A stretch of 64,000 bases of DNA from positions 7,494-71,493 of the forward strand of contig JBBDHX010000030.1 in NCBI GenBank assembly GCA_040880745.1, in the 5' to 3' direction. The DNA is from Actinomycetota bacterium (GTDB lineage Bacteria; Actinomycetota; UBA4738; HRBIN12). The notes under the pieces were generated by a model that saw only the letters and a program-made list of their open reading frames with translations, was not told where the DNA came from and ran no database searches. Positions within the stretch are counted from its first letter, which is position 1, and the number at the start of each line of letters is the position of its first letter. A program made the translations under genes and the position numbers. Below are positions 37,844 to 47,407 of this stretch, one piece after another.

Positions 37844-38671
37844 CTACGCCGGAGGCTCCAGCAGGAGCCGATAGATCTCGTTGGCCGACAGGGAGCGGGC
37901 GCGCGCGACGGTGCGCGCAGCATCGCGGGGCCGGGCGCCCGCTCCCACCAACGCGCGGGCTTCCGCGACAGCCTCCGCGGGATCGGCGGGCGCCTGATCG
38001 GCCGCTCCCCCCACCACCAGCACCACCTCGCCACGCAGTGGCGCGTCGCCGACGGCGGCCGCGACCACGCTCGCCGGACCGCGGATCGTGGCCTCGTGGA
38101 GCTTCGTCAGTTCGCGGCACAGAGCGACGGGCCGGTCGCCGAGCACGTCGATGATCGCGCGCAGGAGCGCTCCCACCCGGCGAGGGGATTCGAACAACAC
38201 GACGGTCCGCTCCTCCGTGCAGAGCGCCTCGAGTCGCCGCCGACGGTCGCCCGGCTTCTTCGGCAGGAACCCTTCGAACACCCATCGGTCGGTGGGCAGG
38301 CCGGACACGACCAGGGCGGCGATGGCGGCCGATGGCCCCGGTACGACCCGAGCCTCGAACCCGGCCTCCGCCACCGCGCGCACCACGCGGAAGCCCGGGT
38401 CGGACACGAGCGGCATGCCCCCGTCCGAGACGATCGCGACATCGATGCCATCACGGAGCGCCGCGATGACCTTGGGCGTGCGGGCGGCCTCGTTCGCGTC
38501 GAAGAGCGAGACCATCGGAACCGCGATCCCGAGCCCCTGCAGGAGCAGACCCGTCCGCCGCGTGTCCTCGGCGGCGACCAGACCGACGCCGGCGAGCGTG
38601 GTGCGCGCTCGATCGGTCAGGTCCTGCAGGTTCCCGATCGGGGTCCCCACGATGAAGAGCGTGCCGGCCAC
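37844..38671 (-). CDS. rsmI: 16S rRNA (cytidine1402-2'-O)-methyltransferase
   Basis: Begins MAGTLFIVGTPIGNLQDLT. Tetrapyrrole-methylase fold motifs. Confidence 0.9.
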   Translation of the reverse strand: MAGTLFIVGTPIGNLQDLTDRARTTLAGVGLVAAEDTRRTGLLLQGLGIAVPMVSLFDANEAARTPKVIAALRDGIDVAIVSDGGMPLVSDPGFRVVRAVAEAGFEARVVPGPSAAIAALVVSGLPTDRWVFEGFLPKKPGDRRRRLEALCTEERTVVLFESPRRVGALLRAIIDVLGDRPVALCRELTKLHEATIRGPASVVAAAVGDAPLRGEVVLVVGGAADQAPADPAEAVAEARALVGAGARPRDAARTVARARSLSANEIYRLLLEPPA

Positions 38672-38702
38672 GCCGCGATGGTCCCACGGTAGGCTCCGAT
38701 CC

Positions 38703-39179
38703 GTGGCGCCCTCCGATCACAAGGACTACTCCGGCACGCCGCTGTGGCGCAAGCTGGGGATCACCGAGGGCGCTCGTGTCCTGCTCGCCGGAGCGCCGGA
38801 TGACCTGGCGCTCGACGCGCTGGCGGCGCTGCCCGCCGGCGTCGAGTTCCTGGACCGCGCCGGCCGCGACGTGGACGTGGTGGTGCTCTTCGCCACCCGC
38901 GCGGCCGAGGTGCGCAGACGTTTCCCGTCGCTCACCCGCGCGATCGCGCCGGCCGGACGGCTCTGGGTCGCGTGGCCGAAGAAGGCAGCGAAGGTCGACA
39001 CCGATCTCTCGTTCAACGAGGTCCAGACGATCGGGCTCTCCGCTGGACTCGTCGACAACAAGAGCGGCTCGATCACGGACGTCTTCCAGGGACTGCAGTT
39101 CGTGCGCCGCGTGAAGGACCGGCCACACGGAACCGCAAGAGCAGCGAAGCCGTCCACCGCCGATGCGTCGGTACCCTGA
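38703..39179 (+). CDS. DUF3052-like conserved hypothetical protein
   Basis: GTG start. SGTPLWRKLGITEGARVLLAGAPDDL... resembles the small conserved actinobacterial protein found next to rsmI. Confidence 0.5.
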   Translation: MAPSDHKDYSGTPLWRKLGITEGARVLLAGAPDDLALDALAALPAGVEFLDRAGRDVDVVVLFATRAAEVRRRFPSLTRAIAPAGRLWVAWPKKAAKVDTDLSFNEVQTIGLSAGLVDNKSGSITDVFQGLQFVRRVKDRPHGTARAAKPSTADASVP

Positions 39180-40692
39180 GCCGGTGTCCCGCCTTCGCGC
39201 CATCCTCTCGCGGCCGATCGTCGCGATCCTGATCGTCACCGCGCTCGGAGGCGTGGTGCGCACCTGGCAGCTCGGCAGCCCCGGCGAGCTCATCTTCGAT
39301 GAGGCCTACTACCCCAAGGTGGGATGCATCCTCATCGGCGGCTCCGATGAGTACTGCCGGATCGACTCGAACGACGAGAAGTTCTGGCGAAAGGACAAAT
39401 GGGACGTCGGCTCATGGGTGCATCCGCCGCTCGGGAAGTGGTCGATCGGACTCGGCATCAAGGCCTTCGGGATGGATCCCTCCGGATGGCGTTCGGCGAC
39501 GGCGGCAGCGGGCACGGCCGTGGTGGCCCTCACCGCGCTCCTCGCGTGGCTGCTGTTCTCGAGCGTCGCCTGGACCTACGTCGCCGGCCTCCTGATGGCC
39601 GTCGAACACCTGAACGTCGTCCTGTCCCGTACCGCGCTCTTGGACATGCATCTGGAGCTGTGGGTGCTCGCCGGGTTCGTCCTGCTCGTCCTGGACCGCC
39701 GATGGCTCGAGCGCCGGCAGGCGCGCGTCGACCGAGCGGAGCCAGACCGGGACCCGGGACCCCGCATCTACTCCCCGCTCTGGCGGCCATGGCGATACGC
39801 GGCCGGCGCCGCCTTCGGGGCCGCGACGGCGGTCAAGTGGTCCGGGGCGATCGCCTTGGCCGCAGCGCTGCTGCTCACGCTGATCTGGGAGATCCAACGG
39901 CGTCACCGAAGCGGCACCGGCTGGGTGGGCGCGGCCGGGCGCGCGATGGCGCGCGAGGCACTCGGGGTCACGCTCGCCCTGCTCCTGCTCCCCGCGCTCA
40001 TCCACCTCGCGACCTGGCTCCCGTGGCTGCACCATTTCGACTGGGATTGGGCCAAGTGGTGGGACACGCAGGAAGGCGCCTACCGGTTCCACTTCGAAGG
40101 CGGCTTGGAGGAGTTCAAGACCGACCCGGAGTCAGGATCGCTCGTCGCCACGCACCCCTACTACGCACGGCCGTGGGGGTGGATCATCCTGTGGCGCCCG
40201 ATCTCCTTCTACTTCAAGGACGTGGGGCCCGAGATGCGTCAGATCCTGGCGATCGGGAACCCGCTGATCTTCTGGGCCTCTGCCTTCGCGCTCCCGTTCC
40301 TGGTGTTCGTGTGGAGACGCTTCCGCGACTGGCGCGCCGGATTCATCCTGGTGGCGTTCCTGGGGCAGTACCTGCCCTGGTTCCGCGTGAGCCGTCCCAC
40401 GTTCTTCTTCTACGTCGCGCCGCTCACGCCGTTCATGCTGCTGGCGGTCGTCGCGTTGCTCCAGCGGCTCTCCGATTCCTTCCTGGTGGTCCGCGAGCCC
40501 GACGGGAGCGTCGCGCTGCACCCGGATACCGGCGAGCCCGCGATCTCGACCGCCTACGTCTACCGCCCCTTCGTCTGGATCTACATCGCCGCCGCCGTGC
40601 TGGTCTTCGCGTGGTTCTGGCCGATCCTCACCGGCGGGCAGATCTCGGACCTGCGCTACCCCACCATCGTGTGGTTCCCGGGCTGGATCTGA
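39163..40692 (+). CDS. dolichyl-phosphate-mannose protein O-mannosyltransferase (PMT family)
   Basis: Polytopic membrane protein with the conserved DE motif region (LIFDEAYY) of GT39/PMT enzymes. Confidence 0.8.
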   Translation: MRRYPEPVSRLRAILSRPIVAILIVTALGGVVRTWQLGSPGELIFDEAYYPKVGCILIGGSDEYCRIDSNDEKFWRKDKWDVGSWVHPPLGKWSIGLGIKAFGMDPSGWRSATAAAGTAVVALTALLAWLLFSSVAWTYVAGLLMAVEHLNVVLSRTALLDMHLELWVLAGFVLLVLDRRWLERRQARVDRAEPDRDPGPRIYSPLWRPWRYAAGAAFGAATAVKWSGAIALAAALLLTLIWEIQRRHRSGTGWVGAAGRAMAREALGVTLALLLLPALIHLATWLPWLHHFDWDWAKWWDTQEGAYRFHFEGGLEEFKTDPESGSLVATHPYYARPWGWIILWRPISFYFKDVGPEMRQILAIGNPLIFWASAFALPFLVFVWRRFRDWRAGFILVAFLGQYLPWFRVSRPTFFFYVAPLTPFMLLAVVALLQRLSDSFLVVREPDGSVALHPDTGEPAISTAYVYRPFVWIYIAAAVLVFAWFWPILTGGQISDLRYPTIVWFPGWI

Positions 40693-40711
40693 CCCGCTAC
40701 GCTCCGCTGCG

Positions 40712-42691
40712 ATGTCCAGGACCGAGCACCTCATGCTGCGGGCTCCCGACGGCGCGCGTCTGGCCGCCACGCTGCATCTGCCCGACGGTGAGGGCCCGTG
40801 GCCCGCGTTGCTGGAGGCGCTCCCCTACCGCAAGGACGACCAGACCGCCGCCGACCATCGGGAGTACCTCCGGTTCGCCCAGGCCGGGTACGTCGTGTGC
40901 CGGCTCGACCTGCGCGGCACCGGGAGCAGCGAGGGCATCGCGACCGATGAGTATCCGGCCACCGAGCGGGACGATCTCCTCGCCGTCATCGACTGGCTCG
41001 CCACGCAACCGTGGTCCACCGGCGCGGTCGGCATGTTCGGCACCTCCTACAGCGGGTTCAACTCGCTGCAGCTCGCGATCGAGCAGCCGCCCGCCCTGAA
41101 GGCGATCGTGTCCATCTTCGCGAGCGACGATCGCTACGCCGACGACGTGCACTACTACGGCGGCGCGCTGAAGGCACTCGATCTGGCGGACTACCCCACC
41201 ACGATGATCGCATCCAACGCACTGCCGCCCGTGCCGGCGCGCTTCGGGGACGGATGGCGCGATGAGTGGGCGCGGCGCGTGGAGGAGACCGAGCCGTGGA
41301 TCGTGACGTGGCTCGAGCATCAGACCTATGACGACTACTGGAAGTTCGGTAGCGCCCGCGAGGCGTTCGACCGCATCGAGGCCGCCACCATGCTCGTGGG
41401 CGGCTGGTCCGACGGGTACACGAACATCTGCCTGCGCTCGTTCCCACACCTGCGATGCCCCAAGCGCGTGTTGCTCGGTCCCTGGCCGCACGCCTCGGTC
41501 GAGACCTGCATACCCGGTCCGAACATCGACCTGGTCCCGGAGATGCTCCGGTGGTGGGACCGGTGGCTCAAGGGCATCGACACGGGCGTGCAGGACGAGC
41601 CCCCGATCATGGTGTACCAGCAGCGCTCGACCGAGCCCGACCCCCTGCGTCCGGTGGTGGAGGGGACCTGGCGATACGAGCCGGCGTGGCCCCCGGAGCG
41701 GCTCCGCCCGAGGGCGCTCCGCCTGGCCGACGCCGTTCCCGGTGGACTGGCGTGGGGCGCCGGCCCCGAGGACCGCACCGCCATCCATGGCGACGTCGGC
41801 CCGTCGGCATGGATCTCCTGCGCCGCCTCGATGCCCTGGTGCCAACCCTCCGATCAGGCACCGGATGAGGCAGCGTCCCTGACCTACACGTGGGATCCGT
41901 TGCCGGATGAACTGGACATCCTCGGTCACCCGGTCCTGCGATGCCGCGTCACCACCGACGTGCCGGTGGCCTACCTCTCCGCGAAGCTCTGCGACGTCTC
42001 CCCTGACGGCTCGTCGGAACTCGTGGTCCGGGGCATGGCGAACCTCGCACATCGCGACTCGGCGACCGACCCGTCACCGCTGCAGCCTCGCTCCCCCACC
42101 GACGTCGTCGTGGACCTCGAGGCGACCGGACACACGTTCGCCGCCGGGCACAGGATCCGGCTCGACCTGGCCACCGCGGACTGGCCGAACGCCTGGCCGC
42201 CACCGTGGGCCGGAACGCTCTTCATCGACCGCGACGCCACGACCATCGAACTCCCCGTCCTCGAGGGGCCTTCACCCGCAGGCAGCGCCCCGGTGCTCCC
42301 CGGGTCCTCGCAACCGCAGGAGGACCCGCGGGCCGACGGGCCGGGAGGGTGGGCGCGCTGGCGCGTCGCCGACGACGTCCCCGGCGACACCCGGACAACG
42401 ACCGTCGAATATGGGGGGGCCTCAGGTCCCGATGGCGAGGTACCAGCGGTCCGCGCCGTGCATGAAGGCACGATCGGTGTCTCGCGGACCGACCCCGGCG
42501 TGGCGTTGGCCGACGGGCTCGCCGACCTGGCGATCGACTTCCCCGAAGCCTCCGTGAGGGCCGTGGCCCGTACCCGCATGGAGTCCGATGCCGAGACCTA
42601 CCGGTTGCACATCGACCTGGTCGTCAGCGAGGACGGCGAGGAGCGTTGGCATCGCACGTGGGAACGTTCGTTCCCTCGCGATCACCAGTGA
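40712..42691 (+). CDS. CocE/NonD family hydrolase (X-Pro dipeptidyl-peptidase S15-like)
   Basis: Alpha/beta-hydrolase nucleophile elbow GTSYSG and C-terminal jelly-roll domain. Confidence 0.8.
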   Translation: MSRTEHLMLRAPDGARLAATLHLPDGEGPWPALLEALPYRKDDQTAADHREYLRFAQAGYVVCRLDLRGTGSSEGIATDEYPATERDDLLAVIDWLATQPWSTGAVGMFGTSYSGFNSLQLAIEQPPALKAIVSIFASDDRYADDVHYYGGALKALDLADYPTTMIASNALPPVPARFGDGWRDEWARRVEETEPWIVTWLEHQTYDDYWKFGSAREAFDRIEAATMLVGGWSDGYTNICLRSFPHLRCPKRVLLGPWPHASVETCIPGPNIDLVPEMLRWWDRWLKGIDTGVQDEPPIMVYQQRSTEPDPLRPVVEGTWRYEPAWPPERLRPRALRLADAVPGGLAWGAGPEDRTAIHGDVGPSAWISCAASMPWCQPSDQAPDEAASLTYTWDPLPDELDILGHPVLRCRVTTDVPVAYLSAKLCDVSPDGSSELVVRGMANLAHRDSATDPSPLQPRSPTDVVVDLEATGHTFAAGHRIRLDLATADWPNAWPPPWAGTLFIDRDATTIELPVLEGPSPAGSAPVLPGSSQPQEDPRADGPGGWARWRVADDVPGDTRTTTVEYGGASGPDGEVPAVRAVHEGTIGVSRTDPGVALADGLADLAIDFPEASVRAVARTRMESDAETYRLHIDLVVSEDGEERWHRTWERSFPRDHQ

Positions 42692-42704
42692 GGGGTCCGG
42701 GGGA

Positions 42705-43433
42705 TCAGAAGCCGGGCAGGTGTTCCTCGAACAGCAGGAATCCCGCCGCGGCACCCACGTCCACCAGGACATGCGCCAGGACGAACGGCCACGCCCTGCG
42801 CATGCGAACGAACAGGACGCCGAACAACACGCCCATCGCGAGGTTGCCGAGGAACCCGCCCCACCCCTGGTACAGGTGATACGACGCGCGGAACACCGCG
42901 CTGGCGGCGACCGCCGCGGCGACGGACCATCCGATCCGCTCCAGCCGCGTGATGAGGTAGGCGAGCACGATCGTTTCTTCCACGAGGCCGGCGGCGACCC
43001 CGTGCATCAGCACGGCGAGCCATGTCCACCAATAGCCCTCCGGCGGCGCGGGTACGACGAAGCGATTCACGCCCAGCTCGACCGCGCCGAGGTACACCGC
43101 GATACCCGCGGCGCCCACCAGGAGGAACAACCCGACCCCTGCACCCGCGTCGCGGGCCAGGCGGTCACCGGAGAACCCGAACGCACGCATGCCGATCCCT
43201 TCACGGCGCACCAGATAGATCACGAGCCACACGGGCGCCAGGTCGAACACGAACGGCAACAGCTGATCGAGGAAGTTCTCCGAACGGTTGGCCGCCGCCA
43301 CGACGATGCCGGCGACCGGCGCGCGGATGAGGCTGCGGATCGCATAGACGGCCGACGGCAGGAACGACAGCGCGAGCACGACCCACACCTCCTCGATGAG
43401 GAGGCGCCGCTCCGGGGTCTCGATCCGATCCAT
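42705..43433 (-). CDS. CPBP family intramembrane glutamic endopeptidase (CAAX protease-like)
   Basis: Polytopic protein with an EExxxR-type motif (GLVEETIVLAYLITRLER) and a FxxxH region. Confidence 0.7.
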   Translation of the reverse strand: MDRIETPERRLLIEEVWVVLALSFLPSAVYAIRSLIRAPVAGIVVAAANRSENFLDQLLPFVFDLAPVWLVIYLVRREGIGMRAFGFSGDRLARDAGAGVGLFLLVGAAGIAVYLGAVELGVNRFVVPAPPEGYWWTWLAVLMHGVAAGLVEETIVLAYLITRLERIGWSVAAAVAASAVFRASYHLYQGWGGFLGNLAMGVLFGVLFVRMRRAWPFVLAHVLVDVGAAAGFLLFEEHLPGF

Positions 43434-43479
43434 CCGCGGAACAGCCTACGGGCGGGCTCCGCTAGGGTGTGGCCCCGAG

Positions 43480-44679
43480 ATGGCCAGTGAGACCGCGGAT
43501 CTGGTGGTGGTGGGCGCCGGCACGGTCGGCGGATGGGCCTCCGTGTTCGCTCGCGAGTTGGGCGCGGGACGGGTCGTCGTCATCGACAAGGACGTCGCCG
43601 GCTCGGGCGCATCGGGACGAGCGGCGGGGATGGTCCGCTCCCAAGGAGGCTCGCCCGACACGGTCCGCCTGGGGTCGTGGTCGATCGACTTCTACCGGCG
43701 CCAGGCGAGGCGATACGGCACCGACTCCGGGTTCGTCGGGCGGGGCTACGTCATCCTGGCCGCGACCGCCGCGGATGAGCGCGCGGCGCACGAGCGGATC
43801 GCGATGCAGCGCGGCGCCGGTCTGGACGTGCGATGGGTCGATCGCGAACAGGTCCGCGCCCTCATCCCCGCGATGGCGGCGACGGGGTATCGCGGCGGCT
43901 CCTACGTCGCGACCGACGGATGGGTCGACCCTCCTCGGAACGTTCGCGCTTACTGCCTGGCGATGCAGAGCGCCGGCGTCGAGTTGAAGGAACGAACGGC
44001 GTTCACCGGTCTTCGTCTGCGCGCCGGCCGTGTCACGGGGGTCCGCACCTCGAAGGGGACGATCGCGACCGAGCGCGTCCTGCTGAGCGGCGGACCGGGG
44101 CTGAGCGCGGTGGCACGGGCGGCCGGCGCCCGCGCGTGGGTCGGGTACGCGCGTCACCAAGTGGTCGTGACCGAGCCGAGCGCCGCGCTGCACCCAGACA
44201 CCACGGCGATGGCGTTCGACATCGGGGCAGGCATCTACTGGCGCCCCGAGGAGGGAGGGTTCCTCTGGGGCATGTCGAACCCGGCCGAGACGCCGGGGGC
44301 TGCGACCCGGATCGACTGGGACTACTTGCGGCGCATGGAGTCACGGCTGCATCGACTCGTACCCGCCACGCGACGCCTCGGGATCAAGAAGGCCTGGGCG
44401 GCCACCATCGAGTACACGCCCGACCACCTGCCGCTGACGGGGCCGCTCATCACACGCGAAGGCGACGAGACGGTGGGCGCATCGATCGCGAGCGCCTGTG
44501 GACACGGGATGATGTGGGGCCCGGCGGTCGCGCGCATCGCCGCCGACCTGGCGCTGCAGGGCCGCACGCGCGTGGTGCGGCGCGTAGAGGACCTCCGGAT
44601 GGACCGCTTCGACGAACAGGGGGGGTCCCCGTTCGTCGATCCGGTCGCGCTCCCCTTCCCCGTGCAGGTCCCGGACTGA
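43480..44679 (+). CDS. FAD-dependent oxidoreductase (DAO family, glycine/sarcosine oxidase-like)
   Basis: Dinucleotide-binding motif DLVVVGAGTVGGWAS at the N-terminus. Confidence 0.8.
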   Translation: MASETADLVVVGAGTVGGWASVFARELGAGRVVVIDKDVAGSGASGRAAGMVRSQGGSPDTVRLGSWSIDFYRRQARRYGTDSGFVGRGYVILAATAADERAAHERIAMQRGAGLDVRWVDREQVRALIPAMAATGYRGGSYVATDGWVDPPRNVRAYCLAMQSAGVELKERTAFTGLRLRAGRVTGVRTSKGTIATERVLLSGGPGLSAVARAAGARAWVGYARHQVVVTEPSAALHPDTTAMAFDIGAGIYWRPEEGGFLWGMSNPAETPGAATRIDWDYLRRMESRLHRLVPATRRLGIKKAWAATIEYTPDHLPLTGPLITREGDETVGASIASACGHGMMWGPAVARIAADLALQGRTRVVRRVEDLRMDRFDEQGGSPFVDPVALPFPVQVPD

Positions 44680-44913
44680 CTACAACTGCAGGATCGGGCA
44701 GGTGAGCGTTCGCGTGATGCCGTCGAGCTCCTGCATCGGCATCACGGTGCCCTTCGCGAGGACATCCAGGTCCGCAGCCTCGGCGCGGGCGACGATGTCG
44801 TAGGGACCGGTCACCGGATCGACGACCACCACGCCCTCGATGTCACGGATCTTCGCGGTCACGTGGCCGGCCTTGCCCACCTCGGTCTGGATAAGGATGT
44901 AGGCGCTCACCAT
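44680..44913 (-). CDS. stand-alone Lrp/AsnC ligand-binding (RAM) domain protein
   Basis: 77-aa protein MVSAYILIQTEVGKAGHVTAKIRDIEGVVVVDPVTGPYDIVARAEA..., AsnC_trans_reg-like. Confidence 0.6.
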   Translation of the reverse strand: MVSAYILIQTEVGKAGHVTAKIRDIEGVVVVDPVTGPYDIVARAEAADLDVLAKGTVMPMQELDGITRTLTCPILQL

Positions 44914-44925
44914 GCGGAGCCCTCC

Positions 44926-45255
44926 TCACTCGCCGGCGGCGTCGGCGCCACCGGGCTCGTCGTCCTTCTTGAAGAAAGCCTTGGCCCTATCGAACATGCC
45001 GCTCGCGACCTCGCCGGCCTTGTCCAGCGCGGGCTTGGCCTTCTCGGCCAGGTCTCCGGCTACCTCGCCGGCCTTGTCCAGCGCGGGCTTGGCCTTCTCC
45101 GCCAGGTCTCCGGCCATCTCGCCCGCCTTGTCCATCACGGGCTTGGCTTTCTCCGCCAGGTCGCTCGCCATCTCCTTGGCCTTCTCGACCGTGGACTCGG
45201 TGCCGGCCTCTTCCGAGGCTCCTTCGGATCGCTGATCTGCGTTCTCCTCCATGGG
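44926..45255 (-). CDS. small acidic protein with four tandem 18-aa repeats (AGDLAEKAKPALDKAGEV)
   Basis: Starts at MEENADQ inside ORF 44926..45594. Encoded by 54-bp DNA tandem repeats. Confidence 0.5.
   Translation of the reverse strand, partial: PMEENADQRSEGASEEAGTESTVEKAKEMASDLAEKAKPVMDKAGEMAGDLAEKAKPALDKAGEVAGDLAEKAKPALDKAGEVASGMFDRAKAFFKKDDEPGGADAAGE
45008..45190. repeat. about 3.4 tandem copies of a 54-bp unit within the coding sequence
   Basis: acctcgccggccttgtccagcgcgggcttggccttctc(g/c)gccaggtctccggc(t/c)a repeated at 45008, 45062 and 45116, with a degenerate fourth copy. Confidence 0.8.
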
Positions 45256-45319
45256 GCTGTCCTCCTTCACCGCGGATGACCATCGTCGGAAGGGGGAGGG
45301 GTTCGCGCAAACCCGCAGG

Positions 45320-46171
45320 TCACGCCGTGCGCGGCAGGCGTCTGCGCACGCCGTCGAGACCGCTCCGCACGAACGCCGGTTGCGCATCCTCGAGCCCGAA
45401 CGCCACCTCGTGCCACGGCATGAGCGCGTAGGTGAAGCGCGCGCGGTCGTGGAAACGCCGGTCGGGTGGGCCGCCGTAGGCCGCCAGCGCACGCCCCGCC
45501 TGATCCGGCATCTCGTGCAGCCACCATGCGAAGTCCCACGCGGGGTCGCCGATCGCGGCTTCCTCCCAGTCGATGATCCCCGCGAGGTCGCCATCGGCGC
45601 CCACGAGCACGTGCTCGGGTCCGAGGTCCCCGTGGGTCAGACACGGCGCGAAGATCCACAGATCATCCTCGTCCAGGTAGGAGGCCAGCATCCGCTCCGC
45701 ATCCGCGCGATCGAGCCCGTCCAGGAACGGGAGGACCTGCGCAGCGAGGGCGCTGCACACATCGCGCTGCCGCGCCCGCACCACCGCTGGCCGCACGGTG
45801 CGCATGCCGACGAACTCCGGCGGCACCGAGTGCAGGGCATACAGGAAGCGGCCGAGACGTTCGGGCCAGATGCCGCCGGGGGCGACGTCGCACGCAGCGC
45901 CGGGTAGGCGGCGGTAGGCCATCATCGGAGGGTCGTCCTCGAGGGACACCGACGCGGGCAGCGGGATCGGCGCCGGCACCTCGCGCGCCAACTCGGGGAG
46001 CAGCGCCACCTGTACGCGCAACCGCTCGGCGGCATGAGCGGTGCGCGGAACCTGCACGATCCACTCGCCGTTGACCTCGTAGGTGTCGCAGGTCCACCCG
46101 TCACCGATCGGCGCGACGGTGCGGATCTTCAGACCCGGGAAGCGCGCTTGGATCGACGCCCGGTGCGGCAT
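45320..46171 (-). CDS. aminoglycoside phosphotransferase (APH) family kinase
   Basis: Brenner motif HGDLGPEHVLV and IDWEEAAIGDPAWDF. Confidence 0.75.
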   Translation of the reverse strand: MPHRASIQARFPGLKIRTVAPIGDGWTCDTYEVNGEWIVQVPRTAHAAERLRVQVALLPELAREVPAPIPLPASVSLEDDPPMMAYRRLPGAACDVAPGGIWPERLGRFLYALHSVPPEFVGMRTVRPAVVRARQRDVCSALAAQVLPFLDGLDRADAERMLASYLDEDDLWIFAPCLTHGDLGPEHVLVGADGDLAGIIDWEEAAIGDPAWDFAWWLHEMPDQAGRALAAYGGPPDRRFHDRARFTYALMPWHEVAFGLEDAQPAFVRSGLDGVRRRLPRTA

Positions 46172-46172
46172 C

Positions 46173-47405
46173 TCAGGGCAACGGTCCGGCCTCGGGCTGC
46201 ACCGTCACGGGCTCGGCGGGGTGGGGATCTCGGAGCATGGGCGTGGAGAGAGCGAACCACGCGACCACGCTCGCCGCGAGCGCCAGGGCCGAGGCGGCGG
46301 CGTAGGTGGGGAAGGCACCGAGGTTCTCGTAGGCCCATCCGCCGGTGGAGCCGCCGATGATGGGTCCCAGTCCGAACGCGACCATCTGGCTGATCGATGA
46401 GCCCGTGGCGTACAGGTGCGCGGGCACCAGGCGTCCGACGATCACGACGCTCGTGGTGAACAACAGGCTGAACGCGACCCCTTCGACCATGGTGAGCATC
46501 GAAAGGATCGTCGGGTCACCGATCGAGCCCCAGAGCAGGAAGCCCGTCGCGTACAGCAGGCATCCGACGACGAACACCTTCCGCAGCCCGAAGCGTCCCT
46601 GCAGACGAGAGGACATGCGCATCGTCGGCACCTCGACGAGACCCCCGAGCGCGACACCGAAACCGATCAGCAGCGGCCCGCCACCCTCGTCCTCGATGCG
46701 AAGCGAGATGAAGAACCAGGCCGCGTTGAAACCCGTCCACACCAGGAGCACCGCGGCCAGGTACCCCCAGAACCGAGGCGCCTCCTTGAACACCGCGCCC
46801 ACCGCGCCCAGGCGGCCGCTCCCCTCCAGCGGGCGGCCACGATCGCGCCCGATCGTGGTGGACCACCCGAGCGCGAGGAACACCGACGCCGCGTAGAACC
46901 ACATCGCCCAGCGCATCCCGAAGGACTCGAGCATCGCGCCGAACGCCAGGCTGCCGAAGGCGTAGGTGACGCTCTCCCACGCGCGGATCCGCCCGTAATC
47001 GCTCTGGCGGCCCTCACCCAGATGCTCCAACACGATCGCGTCCAGGTTCGCCCCGTGCGCGACCATGAACGCCGAGTGCGCGGCGGTGGCGACGGCCACC
47101 AGGAACAGCCCTTCCACGGCGTTCAGCCACAGCGCGGCGATCGCGGCGCCCGCCAGACCGACCTGCAGCGCGGTCAGCCGCCCGAGCCGCGTATCCGCGA
47201 AATGCCCCCAGAGCGGATTCGCGACGGTCCGAGCGGCACCCGCCACCAGGAAGGTGATCCCGATCTGAGACTCGCTGAGACCGTGGCGCGACCGGTAGTA
47301 CAGGGCCAGGAACGGGAAGAACGCCGCGATCGAGAAGCCGAAGACCACGAACAGACCTTGCACGCGCGCGCGCTCGCCGAGCGTCTTGCCGCCGCGGATC
47401 GGCAT
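46173..47405 (-). CDS. MFS transporter
   Basis: 12-TM hydrophobic profile; starts at MPIRGGK inside ORF 46173..48104. Confidence 0.8.
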   Translation of the reverse strand: MPIRGGKTLGERARVQGLFVVFGFSIAAFFPFLALYYRSRHGLSESQIGITFLVAGAARTVANPLWGHFADTRLGRLTALQVGLAGAAIAALWLNAVEGLFLVAVATAAHSAFMVAHGANLDAIVLEHLGEGRQSDYGRIRAWESVTYAFGSLAFGAMLESFGMRWAMWFYAASVFLALGWSTTIGRDRGRPLEGSGRLGAVGAVFKEAPRFWGYLAAVLLVWTGFNAAWFFISLRIEDEGGGPLLIGFGVALGGLVEVPTMRMSSRLQGRFGLRKVFVVGCLLYATGFLLWGSIGDPTILSMLTMVEGVAFSLLFTTSVVIVGRLVPAHLYATGSSISQMVAFGLGPIIGGSTGGWAYENLGAFPTYAAASALALAASVVAWFALSTPMLRDPHPAEPVTVQPEAGPLP

Positions 47406-47407
47406 CC

